Below are positions 23,482 to 36,524 of a stretch of DNA of 64,000 nucleotides, piece after piece (position 1 is the stretch's first letter; the number at the start of each line of letters is the position of its first letter). A model generated the notes under the pieces. The model was not told the DNA's origin and did no database searches. It was given only the letters and a program-made list of their open reading frames with translations. The stretch comes from Marsupella aquatica. Lineage: Eukaryota; Plantae; Marchantiophyta. The translations under genes were made by a program, and so were the position numbers. The DNA is taken from NCBI GenBank assembly GCA_973895155.1, contig OZ316891.1, forward strand, positions 9,673,875 to 9,737,874, read 5' to 3'.

Positions 23482-26400
23482 TTAAAGCTTGGGCACTGCA
23501 TCAGATACTTTGCAAAACGGACAAGCTCCTTCTCTCAGATTGGAAAGATCCCACTCCTCTTGCTCAAAGAAGTGGTTACAGCTTGTACAGTGAAAGATTG
23601 AAATATCAGGATCAACAGCCAGGAAGTATCTTGTTGGCATGAGCCCCATACTGCAGATTTGAATTATTACTTGACCTTTTGGTACTGTAGTGAGAGTTGC
23701 CTTGCTGATCCTCATCAGTCCCTGCCCCAGTAAAGTACTAATTTCCAGCATATCACCAAGTACCTTTTTCTTCGGTCCCTCATGTCCAGATTTAGGCTTC
23801 CCATCTGAATCACCAGAATGTCCGCAGACAGTTGGTTGCTTAGCAGACAGGATTTGCAACACTTCCTCATGTGTTACTCCTGCTTCAAGTACGAACTCCA
23901 CCTGCCACGAAAAGGTAAAGTGGAACGAACGGTGTTCAAGACTCGAGAGAAAATGGTGTTGAGTTTCATCAACAAGTATGCTTACACTGCCAACCTGCCT
24001 TTATTTTCTAGTCTTTGTCATTCACACTGCCAACCTGCCTTTATTTTCTAATCTTTGTATTTCAGAATTCTCTGTCGTCGGCATTTTGTGATTTTAGACA
24101 TGAAAGACAGACAGACACGAGACAATCTGTATAGTCCGGCAAATGGAGATGCTAAAATTTAAGCTGTTGGCCTTGAGCGTAAGAATGAATTGAATGGTGC
24201 AAAGAGTTTTATGCTTGCAAAGTTTATTCTGGCAAGCAGAGATGCTAAGAATCAAGCTATGAGATTTGAGCCGAAGTAGGAATTGAAGAAAGCAAAGAAT
24301 ATTAATATTAAGCTTACGAGGGGAAGTTGTTGAAATGTAAGAAATGATCGGAACACAGGTTGCAAACAACTGCCGCAAGTATCCTCACTGGAACAGGACA
24401 GGAGGGGAAATGATGAGGAACAGCAATAGCAGAAAGGAATATGCAAAAGTAACTGAGTCTCATGTTGGCACACAGCACGGCCGCGTGCCACCATTGTGGC
24501 AATCTCTACTCTTCCCTTCCAGTTAGGGGGAATTCGGAATCCTTGCAGTCTTCCATATGCATGCCTTGCCGCTTTGTAACAGCCTGCACATCAGGCCCTT
24601 AGCTCATTTAATTTCTTTGAAAAGAACGGGGTAAACGAGTGAAGGCGGGTTTTCAGTGGTCACTAAAATGCGATCAGAGTATTAGGAGGACAATATCATA
24701 AACAGCAGGCCGTGTTGAGGAAAACAGCAGCAGTGGTTGAGATGGCTGAAAGCTTACCAAGCTCCTCAGCATGTCTGGCAAAAGTAACTAAAATGTTCAC
24801 CATGGACACACCCTGGGGTGGTAGCTTGGGAAGCTGCGCTACAAGAAATCTTGAGATATTGAAAAGAGTCTCTGATGAAGTAGTACGGAAAGGCTCCGAT
24901 GTGAACTGATAAATAAAAGAGTACGCATAATATATCTCTGCAAGCTGCTTATAGTGGAGCCATTTGTTAAGGATCTTTTGCTCCTCAATCTCCAGGCTCT
25001 CCTTTTTTTTAAGCTGTTGTGCGTATTCCTCTGCAAGTAACCAGCAGGTGTATCCGGCTGTTCTGAACCTGTTTTCTTTCACCTGTCCATAGAAGGAGTA
25101 TTCAGTTATGATCCAATTTTAGAGCAACAATATTATGGCTCAGTCTAGACTGCGTCAAAAACTTTTCAGCCATCTGGAGGGTCGGGCTTTGTAGATCGCA
25201 GGATATTAAGCTGAGACAAGATTTAACTTAGGATCCGGGACAAAATTTGAAGAGCACATGATCAGACCACAACACAAATCACAGAATCGCTAGGGAACAA
25301 ACTTCAGAATATCTATGCAGGCAAGCTTTAAATAAATGTCCTTTATGGAGCCTGTGCTGCAAGCCTATTGAAACTCTCAGGAGCTCAATGATAAACCCTG
25401 GATGGACCTAGCTATAAAATGAGAAACTTCGATACATAGAAGTGGGCGATAAATAGAATAGGGACGCAATTACCCCATTCTTAATGAGCTTCTTTAAAAG
25501 TTTCTCTGACAAATCAGCTCGCCCTGCTTGTTTATAGGAAATGCGAGCTTCGTCAAACCGGTCATTGCGCACCAACCACTCTGCATATGGTAATGATACC
25601 ATCCCTTGGAGTTCTGGATATAGCTTCTCCATGGCAAAAGCATCGTCCCAGTGCTCCAACTCTACATGAAGAGATAGGATTGACCTGTGTTTGAGTTTCA
25701 TTGTCAACCCTTAGAATACCAGTATGTGTTCATTGAGCTCTCTATTCATGGGAAAAATACTTGATTTTACTGGTCAAATCTTGTAGATATCAGCCGCCAT
25801 GAGGTTAGAGTTTCTCACCTCATATCCTCTAGGCTTAACAGATCCTAGCCATTCCATATAAAACTTTGGGCCTCTTGTCTTTTATTAGGGACTGAATCCT
25901 TGGAAATGGAAAAAATGGAGAGAATTCAGTCCCCTCAATCTTGCTTTCCATCCTATGTTGCTTGTGATTCAAGCTTTCGCGGCTGCCGATTAACAGAGAT
26001 CAAATAGCTAATTTCACCAGGGGGTGCACGCAATGACATATGTCCTTACAACAGTCCTGCTGAAAAGATGGATAATAATCCAAATTTACCTGACGTCTCC
26101 CAGCTTTGCGTAGGTTTCCAGTGCATGAGCATGCTGCCCACCCTGCCGCATTAAAGTAATACATAGGTTCAATTCCTTGGTGTCCGTTTTTTTTAGTCTT
26201 CGTGCCACCTGGCACAATCACAAAAAGCACAGTAATCCCAATCAGTCTCCACAGCTTGAATCCTACAGATAATGCTCAAGGCTGGAGAGCTGAGCATCCA
26301 TTGCAAAGTCATCACACCAAGACATGTTCTAATTTTGGAAAATGTAGCAAAAACACAACGTCAAAAAGCCCTAGCTCCTATGACGTGCAAATTATATTAG

Positions 26401-29400
26401 CTGATGACATGTTGGAAGTGTGCAGCCTAATTAGTTACAGGCTGTGGTGTAAAAAGAAAAAAACTGAACTTTTCTCATCAACTCCTGTAATTACACGACG
26501 TCGGTGATGAAATCAAGAGCGACTGAAAGAGAGATGCTCACCATTCAATAAAATCCGGTTGTCTTTCGCAAGAACAAACCATGAACCCGACATTACTTAA
26601 CACAATTCTGTAAAGGTTCCCGCTTGCTGCGGAGGATAGAGGAAAGATAAAAGAAGACATGCAAACAATACCTCAATTAGCTTTGACGCTGGGCCATGTT
26701 CTGCAAGAAGAGCTAATGCTTTATCGAGTTGACCTGCAGCAATGTACATATCAGCCGCAGTTTCATGATCCTGTGTCTCTGCCGTCCATTCGGCTTGCCT
26801 TTGAATTATTTCCTGTACACTCGTCTTTCCAATTACATCCAGCACTAGTTCATTATCTGTAGCCAGTGCCTTTGCTTTATCAAACAAGCACAGATCTGAG
26901 AACATCTCCATGGCCTTCTCAACTTGACCTGCCTCAACATACGCCTGAGCTGCTTCGTCAAACTTTCCCTGTCAAGGAAGAAAAGCGGGGAAGGGGAATA
27001 AGAATATGAATAATGGAAAGCATACGACTTCTGCAAAAGGAATTGTTCACTTTTGTTATTATCAAGCCCATCACAGGGAAAGCAGCAGAGGTGGAAGCAA
27101 TAAGCAAATTAGCAAATTAGCACAAACCTGATATGCAAGAACGAGGGCGGTAACACAGGGCTGTGGAGACACTGTTGGATGCCGTTGCTGAAGTCGGTGG
27201 ATGAGATCGAGATAACAGACATCTTTAACACGTATAAAACAATCTCTTGCAACTTCCCAGTCATCCCCCTGAAGAGCTTCAATGCCAAGCAGACGCCAAT
27301 CTGCCTCGGTCACTCCTAGACAAGCAACTTGATATGCATTCTTGAACTGTCTTGTTTCGACGTAATGCCGCATGCTTATTGACTGAGGTACTTCAATTGT
27401 CTGCCCTGGTTTTGATCCAAATAATGAGGAAAATGACAAGTCGTGCAATGTATATTGTTCAGAAAAGCTACAGAATGCTCAAAATATTGAGGTAGAATTG
27501 GCGGTACTACTATTTTCTGTCCCAACGTAGTACTGTTCACAGAAAATAGCAGGTGACAGAACCAGCGAAGAACGTCCGTTTGTATTCCATACTTCATTTT
27601 ACAACATACTTCGGTATCCCTTCATACACAGTTAAGACGAGAGTCGAAGCAGCTCTACCTGCATCGCCAGGTGATGAAGACAGAATATTTTTGACCCCTG
27701 GAAGCCAACAACATAACCTTGTAGCTTCTGCCTGTGGACAGGAAAGTCGCCGGTCTTTATACTCAGCTTTCCATTTCCTGAATAGCATAGCATAGATTCC
27801 ATTTGCGTGTTCCAGGCCACAGAACTCGCATATTTATCTTCATAAGTCACTTCTTTTGTCTGCACCAAACTAAAACAATTCAGCAATGACAGACTGAACA
27901 GGATAAGAGCAAGAAGTCTCACCTGTTGCCAACCTTTCTCTTTCCCAGGACCCAGTAGTGGCACTCAGTGAAAGGAAAGTAATCAGGGAATAACTTCTGA
28001 CGCCGATAACCAAAAGAGTCACTATTGTACGTTACATTTTCTCACTGTAATCAAGAGCAACAGAGGTGAAGAAAGGAGTGATATCATGGTTGCTTTTGTA
28101 GACTATAGAGCGAGTACAGCTGATGCCGGGCATCAATGACTGGCGTATTAAACTGACAACGGGAACTCAACAAGTTTCAAGTTCACTAGAATATTTGTAC
28201 CTGCAAATCATAAACAACAATTGTAGCCGTTTCATCCACAACAGCTAGACGATTCCGTTGAGCGGAAAGATCAAGACAGCGAATGCCACTGGAGTGCTTA
28301 TAGAGACGACCAGGAAAATTGCTATTTATCCAGATCCTTACAACCAGCCCATTTTTCATTCCGACAAGTAAACCTTCTCCTCCACTTGGTCCTCCACACA
28401 CCTAATCAGACGAACATCACGAGACGAATTATCTTAGAATATTGCCAGCATACCTTATTGATTCAAAACTCGAATAAGGTAAGGACACGGGAGGAAATTG
28501 AATTTCCTCTCGAAGAGTGTGGTTGTCCTGTGTTCTGGATGCTCATTCTATGATAACAGAGGAATCAAAATCTAACTGACAGGATCGTACTCTCTGGTAA
28601 TATAGTCCACAAACTTTCCTACAAGATTAATGTCTTAAACTACGGCCTACTGAGATGCCTGGTAGTCCATTATTCAGACAGCAATAGTTTGAACGAGCAC
28701 TTAAAGCAATTAGAGATATCCTGCATGCCTCTGATTTGAACTCACATAATCAGGGGTGAAAATAGCCTCCGTGAAAACGGTTATGGGCTAACCAACCTTA
28801 ATGTATTTGATTGTTGACTCCAAAAGCCACTCTTTTTCTTTTGTTCCATCCAACGTATAAAGCTGCAGTTTTGTCTCCTACATGTTGCACGTGTAGAGTT
28901 TTCTCATTGTCTGCTGCAGAAAAATTCTTCTTAGGTACTGCTTAATCTTGAGCTTCTGAAATCTCACGAGTTGAAAGGAAATATTTGAACAAAACTTATA
29001 CACTCCATACAAATTTTACAGGTCAATACATGTGTCACACTCATTGTAGGTGATCTGAGCCAACCTGACATAGAGTGATGTGCTTTGAGGTGAGAACTAG
29101 GAGATTGCAGTCCAGGGTTTGATGGATTGTTGTGGACACCCGATAGTGCGAATTTAAAGTTTTGTCTTTGTCGAGCTCATAGACAAGGATTTTGTTCCTA
29201 ACTTGCACTGCCACGCTTTCCTGATAAATTGCAATCTTCTTAACGTAATCCAAACACTTGATCCTTACCTGAAAACGGAGATTTGTGAGACCGATAAGAA
29301 TCTTCCAGAACAAGAAGGCAGTTGCACAATTGTGGATCTTTCATCCAAAATCATCCCAAACAGAACAAAATATTTAATACTTTACTTAAATGAATAACAA

Positions 29401-32400
29401 CTGCCAGAAGGACAATACTCTCCTGGACCAGTACACATTACTAATTTGATCTGATGGGTCCGATTATCTATATATATCAAGACAGTGGCAAGTTACAACC
29501 ATATCAACCAGAATCCGTAACTTATCGAGATAAAAACACAAGAAACAGACTTGCCCATAAAACTCAGTGGGGTAGGACCTTCTCGTCTGATGTCAGATGC
29601 TGAATAACGACATCTGTCATTGCATCCCGAAATGCATAGTATTCTTGATAAAGGCCGTGAACCTGAGTCCCCTCGACCACAGCCGCACAACCAAGGACCA
29701 TGCCCCTTTATCAGTCGATATTACAATTCAAATATTATGTTCACTGGCATTGTGAGCTCTAGATAGCATAAACGAAGAATAAGGAAGAGGTGCGAGTCAC
29801 TAGATTTTTCCCAGCATGCTCATCTTCGATCTAAAATGGTCGACTGACAAAAGCTTACCGTGGAGAATATTAATTGCAGCATTGAAATGCTACCGTCATT
29901 GCAGCCCACTGCAATGTAGTCATGCTTGGGACGAGAGCATACAGCCCAAATCCAGTCAGTCGTCTCACATACAGTAGTAAGCTTGATACCCATCTTCGAG
30001 TACAGCATCACCTGCATCCACACCATTCACATTTTTTTACAGGTTTCCGATGCATGTGCCTGCTACTGAGACTTGATTTTCATGAAAAACGAACTTTCGG
30101 TCAAATCTTAGGATGTAGTTAAACAGTAGCCCTCTTCTCACGCACTCCTAGACCACACTGGACTTCCTCCTAGGCCGATTGATAGATCGAGTTTAACCCC
30201 ATCGCAGAAAATCAAAAGTGGGCGCTTTCAAAAGAGTAGATGAGGCTTGATGAATCTGACCTTTTTGTCAGAACCACCGACAAACACATACTGTCCATCA
30301 TGATATGCTACTGAACAAGGGTCGAAACCCAGTTCCTTGTCTTTACCGATCTGTAACGACAAGACTTATGTGAGAAAACCACTGAAAGAAAAATTCAAGC
30401 CCAGTTTAATCGAGGGAAGCTGTGATCACCCTAGTACAAATGCAAACCTGACCTATGCATGCGTATTAGTCACAGTTTGGTCAACATGTAGCCAGAAGTC
30501 TTAAACTTTGGTCGTGCAAGAATATTACCAAACTTACAAATTTTGTGGGCGAGTGTAGCATTTCCTCATGACTTTAGAGCAGATAGCCACCAAACATTTG
30601 CAAAGGAATTCAGGAATAGTTTGCCAAAAGAATCAATAGAATTAGCAACTAGTTTGAGGCAAACCTGCTTGCCTGATATATCATAAAATGACAGTGTTCC
30701 ATCCCAGCAGCCAACAGCAAGATATCCTGAGCTTTTGTTTTGCAGTACATTCCATTGTAGGGTCCATACTGGACCAGACCGCACAATAGCAACCTGTTCA
30801 GTTCCAGTGCATGGAGATGTTACTCTGCCTATCCAATGGTCGACACTCTTAAAATCTGTTTTCAACTTTGCAAATCTCACTACCTTTAAAAGCAAAATTT
30901 GAGATCAATTTTTGCTCGAGTTCACGATCGCAGACCCAAAGAATCAACGTGGACTCACCTGCTCGGCACCACTCTTGTCACAAATGGATATTTGTCCACT
31001 GTACATCCCCAAAGCAAGGTGCTGTCCGTCACCGGTCCAAGCACAGCACAATATCTGAAAATCAGGCGGTAAAGTGTGAGCCGCACATTCTGTCAAGTTA
31101 GATAAATCCACGAGTTGCATTCCAAGTTGCTTGCTATTGTCAGCTTAGAAATGAACAGGAGTTGATACCCTGGAAGTAGCTCGGTGCTTGGACACCGCCT
31201 TCTGCTCCGGCGACCATATTCCAAAGTCACTTGCCGTCCCACTTACCAACTATCAGATATCAACTATCCCACAGTGAGCATTGTTGGGAGTGCACAGGCT
31301 GTTAAATTGTCAACTAATCTGTGCTTTTGCACCAATTATTCCATAAGAGGAGTGAACACGGTTGAAAGGTACGATGGTCCACAGATGACGTCCAATACAT
31401 CCTCTATATCGATAACGATAACGAAAGGTTCCAAGAAATGAAGCAATTGCGTTGCCTGATATCTGGAGAATATACTTTACCTCCTGTGTCACGGGGTTGT
31501 AGGAGAGGCATTGTATGGTATCTCCATGACTATATTTGAGAATGCCTTCGGCCTGTATGGGTGAAATAGACATTTTGAGCTCATGAGTGTGACCAATTGA
31601 CCTTACACATTGCTCTTATTCTTCTCACGATTGATCAATCAGCACACGTCATTGAGATTCAGGAGCAGAATTCTTAGTCCAGCGCCACAAATTTTCTTTA
31701 CTGTTGTTAATTGCTCGTGATTATGATGAGGCGATGCGTTCGCCACACTCTTAGCACGATTGCTTTCGAGCCTGTACAGCTCCAAAAGCATCACCACAGA
31801 GTCTCTTCAGAAGAGTAGATTGAAGACTTTAAGCTTCAGCTCAGCCTTTGGAATCTAATCTTGAGGAGGTCAATCGCCTCCTGCTTTATAGGCCAAAGAA
31901 ATCTCATGCAATCAACCAGAGGGAAGCAGATACAAATTCTGTGCCTTGTGACAAGAATTAACCTCTTGGCTTGTTTATCCTACAAATCTTGAGCAAGATT
32001 TCAGAATTTTCTAGGGACACTGCTGGGTAAATGGATCAAGAGAGTATTATTCAGTCTGACTTATACTCTATACATGACTATAATCATGTACGCTTCTAAT
32101 GTAGAGGCATAGTGTGATACACGAACCTTGTGAGTCCAAATAATGATTGTCTTGTCCGCTCCTCCCGAAGCAAACCTTTTCCCATCTCGGGAGTAGACAA
32201 CACAGTAGACGGTGTCTTTATGACCTGCAGATTTAGATTTTTTATTTCAGTACTGCTAAAGAGAAGAGCTCCCTCAAAGGTGAGAACTTTCCCTAACTAT
32301 GACGGACTTGCAGGCTCGCTGACCTTTAAGAGAGTGCAAAAGATCCCCATCTGCTGCATCGTACATGAGTACCCGGCTTCCGACTGCCGCAACAAGCTGA

Positions 32401-33983
32401 GTCCCATCTGCGGTTACACACACGAACAACAGCCGGTCAAGAACTTTGGAACTTCTGAACTCTATCCACAATTGGAAAGCAGAGGATTGTTTTGGAACGG
32501 AGGTCACTCGTTTGGGTCATCATCGGGACTCCTAGAGTACTTACGTCATATCAAATCGCCTCCATTTCATGCTACGTGATTATTAATTTGCAGAATGGAA
32601 ACTTTGTTCATAATTGTGAGGGCTCTAGGAGGATAAATTGGTGTCCATCTGTCTATCGTCTGTCAATCCGCAAGGAGAAATAGCTGCTGATAGAGAGGAG
32701 AGCCACTCGTACCAAGTAAACACGGGGAGCAAACAACTGGAGGACTGCGGTCACTTTGGAGAAATGCTAGGTAGGGAAGTGGGAGGAAGAGGGAGACAGC
32801 AGAACCAAATCAATCATTCGATCGATCAATTAATTTGGGTAGTCACTTTGCGAAATTGATTGGATGTTTGATTGAGTGTAAACCAATCCAATTATTGTCA
32901 GAATAAGTTTCGAACAACAAAACAAAATCTAGTACTTGAGTTCACAGGTAAGTCTCAAATTGGAGTTTCATGCCATGGTTCCTTCATCGTAACCAAATTA
33001 CCACCAATTAAGATGTCGAGCACAAAATATGGCTACCGCGGATGATGCCAAGACCAAATTGGATGAACCAAGATTGGGTTCGATATAAATCATAACCTCT
33101 GTCATATGAATTTGCTTAGGTGAAGTGTCAATCGATTGATTTAGACAATGCATTGGATGGCAAAACACAACTCTAAGCGTGAAGGGGCAAACACAAAGGA
33201 AGCACGGTTGGCAGATTGGATCCTTCCTAACTCTTCTCAATACCCTGGCAAGGATGTGCACCCACAAAAGCTTAGGCTCTACAATACAAATTTCACTCCC
33301 AAACTTGATTTAATGTACTGAATTGGAACAGAGAAAGATGCTACCATTTTACAGAATTGAGTAGACATTGATTGCAGACACATGCAAAGGACTCAAATCT
33401 AACTGAAAACAAATTCACCAGAAACTGCCAAGCATTCACAAAACCCTTGGCCAGGATTTACATAACCTCACTCTCTTGCGATTCTACCCAATGACAAGTT
33501 ACTGCAAGGGGCATCTGACGATTGTGCATGTCCACACAAAGCCTGGTCAGCTTTAACTTAATTGTACCTGGTCTAAATGCCAAGGCGTAGCAAATGCTCT
33601 TAGTTCCATCGTGTTCAGGCTGAAAGACAATGAGAACCATCAACAAGAGTACACATGGACGCCTCTTGAGCTTAGATAGTTTGACAATGCAACTTCTCAG
33701 TGACAACCTATGCACGCGCAATCCAGCCATATAGCAGTGCAACCGACCTTTGCTTTGGAGAAATGACGTATAATTTGATGAAAGTTGTTAACAAATGACA
33801 TTGTTAAAGTGCATCAGAAGGTGCTTTCTTGAAGTCATCTCTTAATCGGGTGCGGCTTGCAGAAAAATCTACTAAAAACGGTATAGAGAACCGTGATAAT
33901 CAATTCACATGCAAAAGATTGAAATTTCTTTTATCCAATTTATCCAATACCACTTGGTCAGTCCAGGCCACCACAGCTCGCAT
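23482..33983 (-). CDS. IFT122: Intraflagellar transport protein 122 (IFT-A, WD40/TPR), multi-exon
   Basis: Exon 33983-33951 [11 protein letters not shown], then 33619-33568 [17 protein letters not shown], then [116 protein letters not shown] and [11 protein letters not shown]|VEF. C-terminal C..C..FF...CPFC zinc ribbon; stop at 23482. Confidence 0.95.
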
Positions 33984-35726
33984 AATATGACTCTAGCAAT
34001 ATGATCCAATCCCTGGATTAATGCAGAAGATAGCGGCCTGCCTGCATAGAAAGCAAGCTGTCAATGGACAATCAAACGTGAGCAAAGAGACTCCCAACTA
34101 ACAAGACCACATTAGAAAATGTGCACAGATTTGGCCCTTCCAGATTGAGTTGGATTCGTGCAAACTGTGAGGGCAGTATTGAGCTTTACATTATCTGACT
34201 TGTCATGTGTCAACGGTTGAGTCATTGACAAATACTATTGAACTAGCCTTCTAGCAATCAGAGTATTGGCATGGTAGCATGGAGCACCTTCAAACCTATA
34301 ACGGCGTACGTGTTCTTCAAGTACTTTGCTAGGACAAGTTATGGCAAGAAGTTCTTTGAATGATCATGATCACCAAGACATACATCTCCTGATTCACAGA
34401 ATCCACTAACTGTTAATTAAATAACTGTGACAGCATTTGAGGATGTGACTGTCATGCTGTATTGCATGACCTTCAATTCACCAGTACTTCTTGTCTTTCA
34501 AGTACAGTGGTCAAATGTACGCCCCTTAGGCATGACCTAGAAGCATGATTGGTTAGTCTCTCAAACGAGAATTGAAAGCTTAATTAATAATGTACTCATA
34601 GTACTCAGTGCAAGGCGACAAAATGAAAGTAGCTTGTACCTTCGCATTATTCAGCGATGACAAAACACCAGGGACTCGAGTGACAACCTGATTGGATTGC
34701 TCACTTGCTATCAAGGAGATCAAGTGATTGTGCAAACATCAAAAAATGCACATTATGTTTAGTAAATCATGGCTGCCGACAGACCAGATGGAGTTGTGAC
34801 GGAATTGTGATTGCAATGTTAGCATTGCCGTAACCAATTAGTACATGTTACAACAAGCATTGGTGAGAGAGAGAAAGATGCAAGAGAATGCGATAAAATG
34901 TATGGGAGCAGTTTATTGAACAACGTGCTCGAATGCACGGGAGCGGTTATTTCTGAGCTATTTCATTGCAGGACGAGACCAAATCGGTGAGTGCAGTTCC
35001 TTGTGAGCTCATTGAAAGTATGGGATGGGAGCAAAAGTTTTCTGAGCGCAGTAATGGTGTAAAAGATTCTGCACTCTATATATTTTTAGTGATATAATGA
35101 TGTGAAAATGTTATCTAAAAATATAAATATGACCATTACTTTATTGATATGGAAGAATAATGTGAAAATTTGATTACATGCCTCGGAATTAAAGATGATA
35201 CTACTACAATATTGAGAATCTGAGCTATTTTGCATCTTTATCGTAAATGCTCAATGTACTGAGAAATAATGATAAAAGATTCTATTAGTTCTAATACATT
35301 GAACATTAATTTTTGCATGAATAGTAAAATGATATTCCCATGGACCACAACATTTGTTTTTAGATCCTCATGGACTACATTTCCCAAAATTTGAGTTAAA
35401 CTGTAGTCATTTGATGTTCATAAATGAAATAGTTTTTATTTTTGAGGATGTGCTAGAGTAGGTAAGGTACACTTCCATCAACGTGGTGGAGAATCTCTGG
35501 CCATTTTTGTTGAATTATTCATCATGGAGTGCGGAGGGGCAATTTTTTTTGTTTCACTCATTTATGGTGAAATATCTTTATACATAAAGTTGTGCAGCCT
35601 CACATTAAATCTCTATTAAGTGTCTGAGGAGCCTACTAACAAAGAGTGTCCTGGTTTCGGGCTTACCCTTCAGGCCGGAAGAGAGCTGAAGGCAAAAAGT
35701 CCATAGATTTTTTTCGCTTTGCATCT

Positions 35727-35960
35727 CAACTTGCAGTATGCTTTTTGTGATCTCGGTTTATGATTTAATCGCCATGTATTTAGCTATTAAGCTTCAAAGT
35801 TTATGTTTTTATGTGATCGCAACATCCAAAAGAGACTCTGAATTTTCCGCAGAAGCCGGCTTAAAATATTTCATTTTAGGTGCTTTCTCCTCTGGAATAT
35901 TATCATTTGGTTGTTCCATGATTATGGGTTTACTGGAGTTACCAACTTTGAGGAATTAGC
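35727..35960 (+). pseudogene. nad2: NUMT: mitochondrial nad2 fragment
   Basis: [66 protein letters not shown], then a 1-nt frameshift before (Y)[12 protein letters not shown]. The fragment is embedded in nuclear AT-rich sequence. Confidence 0.9.
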
Positions 35961-36292
35961 TTTGGACCCTGTTCGGTTGGCTGATTCCCCAAAAGCCCGG
36001 GATGTCTCTAGGCGTACCTTTCCCACTTACAGACCGTTGCCAAGCTTCCACTTGTGAGTCAGTGACTCCCACTGAATATCGGGTTTCGAGCACTGAATGT
36101 CTGTTTATAACCATATGGCACTGCTTCTTTGCTTCGAATTAGAAATGTTAGTTATTTATTTTATGAAGATGGTCAGCAAATCTACCTATAAAATATATAT
36201 ATATATTCAGTTACTTCAAAATTGTTTGATCAAATACTTGAAATCATTAGTGGGTCTATTAAACCACTAATAGCAATTGTGCCCGCAAGATC

Positions 36293-36524
36293 TGTTGAGC
36301 ATAGACGACACTCGCAACAGTAAGCACATGACACATCCAACGCGCACGTAATCGACACAAGAGATACGTGGTTCACCTCCTCGAGGCTACATCCACAGGA
36401 ACACATAAGAGAGTTTTACTGAACTCTAAGCCCGTCGGCCGTACCAAGTCTCCACAGTGTAAGCTCTCCTCATCTCTCACGTGACTCCATAACAATGAGC
36501 CTAAGTTCCACTTATCCAAGCAAA
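36293..36524. mobile_element. Truncated second copy of the LTR at 15455
   Basis: tgttgagcata...atccaacgc...tcgacacaa..gatacgtg.tt.acctc...gaggctacatcca..ggaacacat...gaactcta.gcccgt.ggcc.taccaagtctc...tatccaagcaaa is collinear with 15455-15686. Confidence 0.7.

Noticed and set aside
15455-36524. One giant LTR retrotransposon spanning the two LTR copies
   Set aside because: No gag/pol or PBS/PPT between them, the copies are diverged, one is truncated, and the interval holds conserved host genes.
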